A stretch of 64,000 nt of DNA. Origin: Tubulanus polymorphus (lineage: Eukaryota > Animalia > Nemertea). Below the pieces are notes generated by a model. The model was not told where the DNA came from. It worked only from the letters and a program-made list of their open reading frames with translations, and ran no database searches. Positions 21,801 to 35,511 of this stretch are shown piece after piece. Made by a program: the position numbers and the translations under genes. The stretch lies in contig NC_134025.1 of NCBI RefSeq assembly GCF_964204645.1, positions 3,782,001 through 3,846,000 of the forward strand, written 5' to 3'. The first letter of the stretch is position 1, and each line of letters opens with the position of its first letter.

Positions 21801-24800
21801 CAGATTACAACAGATGCAAGCAACCGAACAGAAACAGCTCATATTCACTGATGAACCGCCCCTTCGCGGGTATCAATCGCCATTTCTTTTAACCCGCATT
21901 AACGACTCCGTATCAATTCCACTCGTTCGCAGAAAGACATATTTCCGAGTGAGCGAACTTCAATACATCAGACCTGCCCACCGGCGTATGTTCAATTTTA
22001 CGGTGCGCTTGATCAATATTATTTTGATTTTCTAAATTAATTCGACGGCGTTTGGTTTTGTTTTTCGTTTTTGTTCGTGCGGGTCTCCGGGGACTCGAAA
22101 ATCAACTCTTCGCACAAGGATGTTCATCGAAGCGAAAATCGGAGCAATAAGAAACGACCGTCGAAACTTCGTGTTAATAGGCCTCTCAATCAATTATATT
22201 AGTAGCCGATATTTATTACTGTCGCAAATTGATCAGTGAAGCTGTGACGAGGGTGTCAAGATTGGGACTAATGACCATACCGGGGCAAACCAACGCTTAG
22301 AAACTATTCAATTGAAATAATAAACACGCATCAGTTAATCCGCAATCGTTTCTAGGCACCCTTCTGCTCCTCATGCTGATATTGATGCGAAACTTTATTT
22401 CTTTACTTTCTTTTCAAGATTATCTTGCGCAAATTGATCACAAGGGATTAATTCGCATTCAAGAAAATCTAGAGCGTCTAAAAATGTTTCATTTTTTATT
22501 TACAACTACCGACAATAAAGCAATCAAAAATTTAGATATGACATTTTCCATTTTCATTTTCTGCATGACTGATTTCATTATACATACAGTCACCACGACT
22601 GAAATCCGGTGTTTTATCGGAGTTCCTATCGGATTTTGGAACAGACTTTAGAGAGATTGTGTTTAATATTCCAGTAACGTGCGAAGGAACTGAAGAGACT
22701 AACGTTAGCCTGCTAAGAGGTTATAAATTCCTTCGTATTCGATCGATAACACGGCGCTAATAGTTGGGATTATGCCGGTGACGCAGCGAACATTCAAACG
22801 GCGCGCGCGGTAATGGCGAGAATAAATGGCAGTTAACTCTTGGATAAACGAGCCGAGAGATAAATGAATCCCGACTGGTCAGATAGCACTTTTGTTATAA
22901 TGACTTGGAAGATTTTCCGCGGCGATGACCGACGGCGATCCTGAGAAATTAGCAGAGTTATCAGCTTAGTATATACGCATCATTAGCAGACGTAACGACA
23001 ATGCACTTCCGGTTGAGATACACCGAGTCGCTGAATACCTTATCATTTCTGGAGACAATTTCCAGCGTAAAAAAGTGACACGTGTCGTTTGTTTAAGAGA
23101 GTATATACTATAAAATGACATCTTTATCGTATTGCTGCATTTAGTTACTGTTGCTGTATATGTTACTATATAGATGTATATTTCTCGGAATTTCTACTGC
23201 GTCACCAAATCAAGATTCCGTATTAAATGAATTTGCAACAAAAAGATGACAAGTTAACTCAACGAAAGAAATACATTCTCAAGCACTTTATATTCTGTGC
23301 GATAAGAAACCTCGTATCAGTACTTGATTCTATATAAATTACGATTAGAGATTTATAAGAATCAACAAGAGGAATATATGTATCACTTTCAATACAGCTA
23401 GCTCGCGGGTAGTAGTGACTCGCATACTAAAATACGCTGTTCCTTTCCATCAAAGCTCGTATCGACAAAACGCGTTGCGGGGAAAAATTTCAAAAATTCG
23501 TTTTTGTGTCAAGAAGACAAATGGCATTGGATAAAATATTTATGGCGTTTACAGCCCCGGGGGTTAGACCTGTAAACCGGAACGATCACGCCGACATTCG
23601 ATGCTTAACTCGAGTCTTCGGTTTCTTGTGACTTTGATAGTTTGAAACATGATCTGCCTTTCTTTTAGTGAATAATCACCGGAGTTTGAGCTTTGATCGT
23701 CCAGCCGACAATTCCATCAGGAAATGAGAGCGAATCGTCTGGGCGCTTCCAATCAATCGGAAACCCGAACCGTCCTGAACACAAGGCAACGACTTAGCTT
23801 TCATGTCGGCGTCGGGCCTTTTCAGGAATACCGTCAAACGCAGCTTGTTGATGTACAGAGAAATGATAATTGGTATTTTAATGTCGGCGCGAATGCTTTC
23901 CGCGGATAAAAGGCCGGGTTATTAGATGCCTGTGAAGGTACGGAAATGGTCTACGTAAAGCCGCACATTCGCATTAACGTTGCCGTTCTTGCAGTTGTTC
24001 GGGACGTGACGAAAATTTATATTGTTTCATCAAGAAAATTACTCTTCCCCCACGTTTTTATCGGATGTTTCTTGACAATTTCATCTCGTTGTTTATACGG
24101 CCCCTGTATTTGTACGGACGAGATTCGACCGCCATTCGATGACGTCACACGGTCCCGGGTGGACCAGTCGAAAGCGACGACATCGAATTGATCAATCGAT
24201 TTGTACTCGACGATACAAACGGTACTGCCGAGCAGCGTCCCGCGTGGCGTATCTTGTTAAACTTTATCAAATTATTCGACAAGGGGTTAGGTTAATTTCT
24301 CTCGGATTTGGTATCTCACGTCCAATCATTACCGTCATTTCATTCCTGTCAGTCGAACATGGAGGCAGGTGTCGTAACCATGGATACTGCCGCCAATTTA
24401 TCTCTTCTCCCTCGGGCTTGATTGATTGCAATCAACCCATACTCAGTCGAGGCCCACATAGGTTAGAAATCTATCACAGACGCCCGCCGGAAGGGTGGCC
24501 TTTACTTTTGACTCTGACCTTTGTTTCATTTGATTTTTCAGGCCCGCAGTAAATTACCTAAAATCAAATCTTCGCCGGATGAAAAAATATTGACTCATCG
24601 TTCAATTCGATAGAAATATCGATTTCATTTTAATTTTCTGATAAGAAGTGAATTTTTTCAATCGCCACAAAAAAAAATTGGATTCAATGAAATTAAAACG
24701 AAAAAAAACAAATTTCGTATTTTTTAAAATCGTGCATAGAATTTAAAGACCTCCAAAGTATTTTCTAATTGTTTTATTTTCCCAAATGATAGAATAGCTA

Positions 24801-27800
24801 TCGAAGAGCATTACGGTCAACACAAAACATTCGGAAAAGAATACCACGAATCCAAATGAAAGAAAATTCAAAGTATTGTGTCTAAATTTTCAAAAATAAA
24901 GATTTCATGATTTATATGATTAACTCTGATCAACTAATTACCGTACATTGAATTTGGAGTTGTGTCTATCTGCAAGTTTTAATCATTCAGATCGAAACGA
25001 TAAAAATTTTCTTTTGAAAGATATTTCAACAAAGAATTGTTTGAATATTATCGCGTTCTACAATATTCTGATAAATTCACGACCGAAAATTCACAAGATT
25101 CCACTTTCCTTTTCCTACCTCAATATCTACATGTATTCACTGAGCATGCGTATAGCGGCAAGTTTTGGTATAGCTTCCTTTCAAGTGGAACCACGCGAAC
25201 ATTTTTATCCTTTGTGTACAACAGCTCGTATGCACTTCAAATTATCCAAACGACGACCAATTTATCAAATTCAGCTCATTTCAACGATCCGTGATTTCAA
25301 ATTATTGTTTTACTATTTTTCGTTTCATGTGATCAAACCGACTCTGAGGCACGCGCGCAGCAAGCTGGCTGTAATTGCGCCGACATAAAACAAAAATCCA
25401 AATTACAGTCCAATTTGTGTATCCTTCGGTCCTTTTCCATTCGGGTGAAATCATCCTGATGAAAGATTTACTATTTCATCTTCAGAACATATTCGCCCGG
25501 TGAAAATTGCGCGGATAAAAGCCACAATTTCATCCATTTTTCTATTTATCTTTAATCCGTTTAGTCATCATCTGGACCCGAAATGGGCTTCGCAATCCTC
25601 GGGCCTTTTCTTTTAGAGTTGCCTTTACTTGCCTGCAACTCGCAAACAGGCGTGTGTTCACTATACGAGCACCCGACGGAGAAGCAAATGAAAGTCGCGT
25701 CGGGCCTGCATTTATAACAAGGAAAATCCCCATCTGCAATGCATAGAGTCTTTATTAGTACCACAAACAGCAAAAATTGTCATCAGCTGCATTTCAAATT
25801 TCTCATAAGTGGCTATTAATGTTCTAATACCCCATAGCTGCTGTTTATGAAATGAACGCCACGGCTTACAAAGTAGGTTTAGCGGCGCCGAATGAGGCTA
25901 TCTGTAAGCATGCACACATGCAGATTTGCTTAATCAATGATATTTTCTGAACTTAAGTGACTACAAAATGCAAAACACCCTCGGAAAGGCATATTTTGGT
26001 TTTCGTTTCCAGGCAATAAAGACACGCTAAACAGCGCTCTCATGAATAATATTAATAGTTATAAATATTTAGAAGGTAAACTAGGGAGCTCGGATTGCAT
26101 TCCAGATCAGGCAAACATCATCATCACTCAATTCGATTTATCTTCTACAGCCACCTATTCTCTCTTGTTTTTGGATTAATCTGTACGGTGGATAAAAATT
26201 ATGAATAAAAAAATTTTTTTTTAAAGGATTACCTTGTTTAAAGAATAGAATAAGATAAAATAGAATTAAATCCAATTATATTTTTGATTCGTAATTTCTA
26301 TTTAGATCCAAACAAAATGGCCGTCAAACAACGTGTTTATGTTGCTTTCCTAAAGCCGTAGATTTTGTATCAATTTTCAGGGGATTTTTTGCCTTGAGGC
26401 CGCAGTTCGTATTTTACAGTGCTGTTATACTGTATGAGCAGTCACTCGTCTCTAGCACTGCACTGCGAAGAAGGCAAATGAAAGTGATAAACGGAAATTG
26501 ACATAACAAGAGGTTGCAATTTCGTGCGAATTGATACGATCAGTATTTCAAATCAGTTCCTTCAGACGTTTGGTTAGCGGTCTGTCAGCCCTTGTCTCAC
26601 AGGTCCAATTACATGCTTACACAAGAGCCATGTTTAATAAGAAGAACTTGCTGGCTGCTTTCTCAACGGTCACTGAGACACTTATTTCATCCTGAATACA
26701 TACTACTATATATAAACTGGTGATTGTTGATTAAACAGTAGAATATTTAAAAAGATAAATAAAATCAATTTCAATAGTAGAAAATTCAGTACGCTCAGAC
26801 GTGGATAAAAGATAATAAGATTCAAAACTAACTATATACAAATTTTATTAAGAGATTAGAAACGTAATTTATTTCAAGAATTGAAATCAAAAATTAAAAG
26901 GCACGACGTTTTGAACTATCTGTAAAAACCATCGCTAGGTTTGAGTCCGAAACGTCGTGTTTTCTGATTTTTAATTTTGATACTTGGAAAATAAATTTCG
27001 TTTTCAATCTTCTAAATTTGTATACAATCGGTTTTAATCTTTTCACTTTCAATAGATCAGTCCAATTCAAAATCAATTCAACTTAGCTTTTTTATTAAGA
27101 TATTTTCGAAAAATTCCGAGCTCCTATCTAGAAATAATGTAGCAAACCAATTTCGCCACCGAATGTTCGGCGTTATGTGTACATAAAGAACATCGACCAT
27201 CCGCGAATAATCAGTAAAAAGACACCAGGCTTTTATGTGCTCACGTGCGATAATAATTTTCTGCAATTAATCTTCCCGCGTTTCAATTAACCCCACGATT
27301 ATCAGTCACCATCCGGGCCTTAACATTTCAACGTCGACTATTCTTCCGGATCGGTTCGAGAATGTTTTCACCGAAAACAGCTCATTCAATCGGTGACCAC
27401 GTTCCCACATCGCTTCGGACACCGTAGATAGAAACCTTTAGAATCTGGAACAAATATCGACCGCTGTCGTGAAACAATGCGCGCGTTCAATCTAAACAAC
27501 GGCGTAAAAGTGACTGGAAATTAATTTCTAGATCTCCGGGGTGGAGGTGACAGTCCGACCACATGGATTAACAGAATTATATTTCGACTTCTATCTTTCA
27601 TAGCGCATGTATACAGTAAACTTCTTCAGAAAACAAAGCGCCAAATGTCAGACGTAAACCCGTGCGCTATCGGGATATAATGTCTCCCAACTGCACGTGG
27701 CAGGCGTACACGTTTCAAAGTTATTGCGACAGCAGCTAAGCCGCCATATTCCGACAACGATTAATCAGATTATACCGTTACTTCGCGCGCAAATGAATAG

Positions 27801-30800
27801 AGTCAAAAAACATAATAGTCACTTCTACGAACAAAAGCCCTGAAATCTAATAAAGCAGTTTTGAAATAGCAACGTCCCGTCGTTATACGACCGATGAAAT
27901 AACGCAGCAGCGAAATATTCAAGATTGCTTGTTTTAATTAAAAAGGGCGTCGTTTCTCTTGACAGGGTTTAAGTTACCGCGATGATGCGTTAGACAACGC
28001 ATGCTGCGGGTTTCCACTGTACGAATAATCATCGACAGGACGCTGTCAAGAAAAACAAAAAAGTTACCTTTTCACGACAAAGAAATTGCGCTTTTGCAGC
28101 CCCGGCAATAAGAGAAAGTCGGCGTGAGAAATGAAGTTATTTACGCTCGATTGTCGTAGGAAAGTTGACTTCCTTCACGAGTCAGCGGGTAATTAAACGC
28201 CATCGAACTGGCTTTTATCCACCCGGATATTATCAATATCAATATCTGTCACGGTATGAAAGACTAAAATAAATTAAACGATTGTGTTTGAAGGTTGCAG
28301 GTCTCACTTGATTTCTCGGCATAGACAGAGTTCGCAAATAGAGAAGTACTTTTCCAAATGAAATTGAATCGTTTTTGTCCTAATTATGTGGCGGTTGATG
28401 TAGTGTGATGCCAAAGGTCTCGTGAAGCAATGCGTATGTCAATCGAAGCCTGTAGTCGGCGATGTTAGAGTCCCGGAATCAAATGGATTCAAATACAGCA
28501 AAATTGCGAAGAAAAATGTGTACGTATTAGCTTGTTTTCGAAATATTCATCCATTTTGTATCAAATTACTTTAAACAAAATCATCATCAGTTCAGAAAAA
28601 ATCCAAATCTATCGAAACAATGTGTTTACATCACTCATTACAGATTTTAGATTTCAGTTTATCTAAGAATATCTTCATCGTCTTAAAAGTCGATGTCCAC
28701 GGTTATCAACAAAGCGCACCAGCTCGTGAAGCGTTGACGACCCGCCATATGCTCAAGCGCCATGATAATCTGCAGACGCCAGTAGACGAAAAGAGTCCGC
28801 GTGGTATTTATCGCCTGGACGGATCAAGATCACAGAGATGTGCCCTGAATTGGCAATCTTGTTTTCGAAGAGCCCGCGAAGACATCGAAATGATCACACA
28901 ATTAATCTTGAGCAGTCTTGCGAATAATTCGTTAATTCCGAAATAATAGCATAGGGATTCAGTGCGCACATGGTGAAACCTGACTTGAAAAAGCTCGCAG
29001 AAACTGAGCCGACCTATTTCGAAGGATCTTCTTTGTTATTTCTTAAAAGCATTTTTTCTATGAAATAATTCATTTTAATCTTCAAATGACAGAATATAAG
29101 CAAATGCCCGCTCACCAACCGGCTTCCAATTTCAGATCTTAAAAAAGGAGAATTTTTGTTCGTTTTTCAATCATTCTATCGTCTGAGATTAGATTAGCCC
29201 CAAATTTTCAGTAGTTAACAAGAGGCTGCTAGATTACTTTTGCAACTCGATCAATATACGTACGGGTAGATATCAGTATTGCAAAAGAGAAATGCCGCCG
29301 TCAGTTGTATCACTTCTTTTGCCGAGCAATTGAGCATCACGTCTGAGGAACTTAAAGTGATACCTACTCGATCAAACTTAACTTCCCCGAAATAAGCGAG
29401 CGTGTGACTCTGTGACCTGGAAGAGTCGGCGTTTGACATGATTTATTCGCTTTTTACGCCCAAGGTACGCTTCGGAATTGCTAATAACGCTCGACACAAT
29501 CCGAGAACCGTCGTTTCACAGATTAACGGCAGGCTGCGCAATGGATGTGATGTCATAAAGTTATGATATAGATTTCATAAAACCTTTGACTGGTGATTGA
29601 TGGCTGTACATTACCAATATGGCCCCGTGGTACACTGGTAAATGACGTGGAAAGTAACGGTCGACCTGTTAGTGACGTGTAAGCACGGGATGCGGAAACA
29701 AAGAACTCAACCAATACTTAATCGAAGTGATGAAATTGTGTTTTTTCAACTAATGTTCAATTATTTTCGTTTCCCCGACAATGATCAATTATAGTCTTAA
29801 GATTAGACGGAAACAAATATGGACGAACTATTCTCGGGGTTTACTATTTTCATCTGGGATTTGCGTGAAAGACTTCGTAAGGAAAAGTGTGTGTGGGTTA
29901 GAGAATTGAGTATTGATCGGTTTCGATTTGATTTATTTGCACTAGACGCCAATAGAAACAGACGGTTGGCGGTCATAAAATCGAAACCATGCCTCAATAG
30001 AAAATAGATAATCGTAGCAACTAAGCATTCACGCATGAATCATTTCTTAAGCGCGTGATTAACGGCCGTTTTATGTGCAGAAGATCGACCAAGAAATATA
30101 GCTTTCTCAAATAGATATGATTCTTTTTCGGCCCTGGAACAACCGTGACATATAACCGAGCCGTTTGTCTCCCTAGTGTAGTTACAAATTACCACCAGCT
30201 CTATCACCTAGGCCTCTACTTATAAATCATCGAATGGGACGCTTGCGTGAAGATCCTAATGAAGCTATGTGTATCCGCAACCGAGGTGTCAACACCGCTG
30301 CAAATGTGTCAACGTTGAGACTGATTAGTGGCTCATCACTGCGAAACCATCGCCGCTGTTTGCAACATGGTGTTACTCATTTCGCGTCCTGAAAACGAGT
30401 TTCGAGCATGCAAATTTGTTCGATGAATGGATCGCTTATCAGAACCGAAACCGACACGTTACACTTAACCAACCACACGCTATATACATTAATTAACATA
30501 TGTTCTTATTATCGTCAGACTGCGACGTCGATGATGCTTGTTTTAGTTAGAAAAGATAGGTCAACTTTATGGGTTACCGCAACCTGTAGATGTCTGTGAC
30601 TGATGGTCAATGTGTTCAAGTCACAGCTACCGAACTGCAAGTTTCGCCGTCAAAATATGGATCGAAATTTTAAGTCAGATCAAACCCAAACATCTGTGGA
30701 ACTGGAGCCGAAATCAAAATACTCAAATATGTAACTGTATGGAATTCTTGTGCCCAGGAGTTTGGCAGTTTCTGTATGGTTCATAGATATTATGACCGTT

Positions 30801-33800
30801 ACCCCAGACTACCCGCCAACCTAAAAAAATAGTTGCGTTACATAAGACAACGTAATTCCTCGCATAAACCATCGTTCTCGGTAGTAAAATACGTCTAACA
30901 TAAAAATGGTCGTTTATAAGATGAAACAGTCTGCAGCCCTACGTGTATAGTAAATGCGTTTGTCACCCTTCCCCAGAGCTCACCGTTACACCACATGCCA
31001 GCTAATCAAATATGTTGTAAATTAATGACAAGCTGACAGAGATAAAAGTTGGGTCAGAGCCGACAAGTAATTAGATAAAACAGACATGACTTCTTTTTAC
31101 CATTGGGACGATAGCGACGTTTAATTTTCGCTGCTAGATGAAACGCCAGATGAAACGTGTTTCGATTGAGTTAAATCCAATCAACGGGTATTTCATAGCG
31201 CGCGGTCGCTGGATATCAACTATCCGCGGTTTTTACGGTGAAGCGGAACTGCGTCTAACTTCGCCACGGATTGAATTCGGCCTGACTGGTTTTTCGAAAT
31301 GCCAGGCATTCGTTTGAAAAGCGTAAAAATTGATTGCGGCTTCAACGCGACTGAAAAAGATTGATTCGCACTTTCTGGTTTCTTGATGAAACATTTCGCG
31401 CTGTTCCGATTGAAAAGTCACGTTTCGGTCGTATGAAAGTTGAAATAACTTGACAATCTATATACGATATACATGATTTTCATGACTTCCCTCGACTCGA
31501 AAAATATCGTGTAACTAGTCCATCTTCATATATCATTCCCAGTCCAATACTTCGGTCGTCCGTGGTCTCATCTTTCCCAATTTCGCTTTACCAGACGCTC
31601 GTTCGTGACTAGAGAGAATTTAATTTCTCAGCCTCCCTAGATCAAGTGATAAATCCAGCTCTCACCCGATCCGCCTGGTATAAGACTCTGCTTTCCTTAA
31701 TACGTCAGTAGGAACCACGATCTATCAACCACTCCAGCGGTATTATCTGCCCGCTCATCTTGTATTCTTTTCTCATTAGACAGCAAACTGCTGTTAATTA
31801 GATTGCTGTGGTTCTGTGCAAACTTTGTTCGTCCACTCTTCGCGCGAACAAACAATTGGTGAAATTGTGCTATTAGGGTTTTAGCGTGTTGTGCCGCGAC
31901 GAGTTGGCTAAATGAGCAAATAATCTCTGTATCTCCCTTAAGGATGTGAAGTGCCAACAAGAATAGTTATTGCGATTGACTGTTCGGTCACATTCGGCTC
32001 TAAAACCTTGAAGATACACACCAAGAAACCATATTGCTAGCGCACTGAAAATTCAAGATGGCGCATCAACGTACTGCATTGAGCCCATAGGATTTATCTA
32101 TTTTTGTTGATTGGTAACTTACCCGACCGTCCGTCCGACCATATCGTTGAATATATAAGGCATTAGTATCCGTAGTAACATCGTAACATCGTGATAATGT
32201 GTGACCAGATGGATACGTGCCCCGGGGATACATTCATGATAGGTTCTTGGTCGGTCAAGAACCGTCTTAACCGCGACGCTCAGTAAACTTTACTATACCT
32301 CACTTCTTAAGGCAGTAATGAACCCACAAATGGTAACAGTACAAAAATTTCAGTGTAACTATAAGTTATTTCTAATTCCGTGTTCAAATATGAATAAAGC
32401 GTGTTATCTCTGAGTTTTACTTGTGTTTGCCCCGAAAACAAGAATTACGGCGGAATACACCAGAGACCTGCAAACCCAGTGTAGAAAATCGAGTTAAATT
32501 TCTCGTAACAGCTTCAAACTAATGTAGGAAATCTAAAATCATGTGCTCACCTCACCCGGGGATTATAAATCACAATATAGGGCCCGATTCAAAGAGTAAT
32601 ACTGTTTTATGTTTTATGCTGCGGCTACAAAATGGCAATTCGTTATTCATAGTCCTGTAAACCAAACTTACATCTGGGGAGAAATTTGCCTTCCCGCACC
32701 GGTCGTTAATTACGGCCCTTGAAATGTAAGCTGGTAGGTTTATTACCTGGTATGGGTCAACCTGATGCCGGTCATTCATTACACGCGCGCAAATTTGCCG
32801 CAGTCGTTTATTAGAGAAAAAAAACTACATACACATATTTCCAGTTGGTGTTACTATATTAGCGTGGACGTGCGTGACATAATGACGTTGCGATGCCATC
32901 AATTCATCTATGTTTAGTGACAATAGGTGATAAAATGGTTTGTGTTCGGCAGTGTCGTCTTGTGTATAACTCTTCATCAGAATCTCGATTAAAATGGCGA
33001 AGCGAAGAGTTGCGGAAAGGTTGAGGTCAAATCTAATTCAATGTATTTCATTTTGTAACGAAACTATTCACTTTTATCTGCGATAGTAAATGTTTATAGT
33101 CAATTGAAGTGAAGTCATTGCAGTCATTGACTTGAGTACGAGCCGTTGGTGTTTTTATTCGAATTCTCTACGGATTATTGGAGTTAAGTTACTCGTAATT
33201 CGCAATTTGCGCAGTTATTCACTCCAGTACTGTCCAGTCAGTTTCCGCGAAGAAAATAGCAAAAGAATTGGAAGGGATCGTCACAAACGAATTTCATGTG
33301 GGAGCACTTGGGTAGAATCGTCTGCAATTAGCGATATATACAGCGTTACTAAGTCGGCGTCATTGTCATCAGTTTGGACTGATGAGGAGAACTTGGTCTT
33401 ATAATTAACGCTAATCAAACCTACCATTAACGAGATTCCCGTGATTAGTCACATGTCTTTATTTTGCTTTATTGCGCCAACGTCCCGGACGATCTAAAGC
33501 CCCGTAAAAGGCACTTGAAAGCCGACGCGTGACTGTAGCTCGTCAGAAGATATTAGCCCGGCTATCTTGAAACTAACATCATTATCCTCTTAATTTCATT
33601 TCGGGATTGTTTTTTCAAAACAACGCCGGGTAGGACTGCACCGCGATAAGCTGTAAAGCAATCAAAGGCCGTTTCGTTTCCATGTGACTGAAGCTTATGA
33701 CGACACAGGGGAAGAACTCGTGAAAACGGGTCGAATTGCCGACGTAGGAAACGTAAGGCAATTTAGGGAGATTGTTGCAAAGCCCCGTGACTCAAAATCC

Positions 33801-35481
33801 CAGATACAGAATGGTTTTATCTTCGGTTGGGTGGCAGCAGAGGGGCCATTATCGAGATATATAGTTTCCCCGCCTTGATTAGCTTCAGCGGAACGCATGT
33901 TTTGCAGGTGAAAAATCCATTAGATAGCTCCATTAGATCTCGTTTGCGAAACACTACACACAACGAAAATATAGCATCCAATAAACGGATAGATAAAGTT
34001 TTATCTATTTCACATTTCTCGATAAATCAGTCAATCTCTCGCTAAATAGAATCCCGACATTTGTCCGGCTATAAAAGTCACTTGGTTGACAAATTAAGCC
34101 CGTGCGCTCCGGGCTCGTGGGAACGCGGAATTCGCGGCAATATTTCCAGCCGTAGCTACTGTGCACATTAAGATAAATTTTTGATAATCCTCATTTTGTT
34201 CAATTCACACCAAAGACAAACCGAACTAATAAGTTAATCTTACGTCGTCGGTCTCGTACCACGTTTGGGATCGGAGGTTAACTCCGGTACGTGCTGACTA
34301 CGGGTTTCTCAAACGGCAGCGAGATCGCGTGTTTCCGCTTGATTTGAAAGAAGTAAAATTATCCTCGCATCTGAATCATTCATTACCGACTTCTCATTCG
34401 CCGTTGCTCACATAATCTCACCGAAAAAACATTAAGGTTTTTTTTTCAATTCAAACTACCGGCATACCCCGAACGACGGTCGAAACAAAACTTCGAATTT
34501 GACGATGAATAATAAAGAAAAATTGACATTTCATTTAAATGGACCCACACGATCCGCAGCTGACCAAACACTGGATGATAAAAATACTGGTGAACTTTGC
34601 GTGACTGCTACAGTAACCTTGAAATTGACTAAAATCAATGATTGACCAAGTAGAACGTGCAGAATTAAAACTTTCGATATTCTTCAAAATGAGACGATTT
34701 TCAGAAAGTTCAAAAACTCTATTTCGTGAGCTTTGATATGATTTGCTCTTTTACTACATCGAAAAGTGATTTTCTGCCAAATGTGTTCTTTTTTTCTATA
34801 TAAAGTTAATGGTGCGGCAGTAATAATTAATTATTCGAAGTCAAAAACGACAGTGAAGTGAGAACTTTGTACCACTTACGGGCTACTGATTTATCATTCT
34901 GGAATACAACTCTGCCTCTGAGTGTCATAAAACTAACAAAATTTCTCGTCAAGTTCCACGTTGCAAACGTGACCTAATATCATATTAATGGTGATTTTAT
35001 TCAAATAAATTCCCAAATTTTCACTTTTACCTACTGCAGTCGAAAATTGATGTTCCCGTGGTATTTGGAACAACCACTACGGGCGTCTGAATGGTAAGCA
35101 TCGACGGCACCTTTGCCTTACCCGCGAAAGCAGATTGGCATATTAATGTCATTCGTTTGGTGTTTTATGTTTCCTTTCGCATTGTCAACTGCATAGCAAT
35201 GAAGGGAATAATAACGGAATACCGATGAATCTGGTCTTTGGTATTGCTAGATGACAGTCAAGAATTGCATTTTAATTATTGCACACATAGCAACGGGCTC
35301 TTTTTGTTGACGGCATCAAAGTTATCTGACGAAATGACTCGCGTTGTACTGATGATGTGGGGTAATTGCAGCGGAAGCGCTGTTATTCTTGACTTACGCG
35401 CTTCACGTACAACAGAATTCTAAGATTCAACTAAATCCCGCCATTTGGAGATGTCTTGGGTCGAATATGAAAGAAGTCTAT

Positions 35482-35511
35482 ACATTAGCGATGTGGTTAC
35501 ATTAGCGATGT
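35482..35511. repeat. Short tandem duplication, 17-nt period (acattagcgatgt)
   Basis: Seen directly. Confidence 0.7.
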
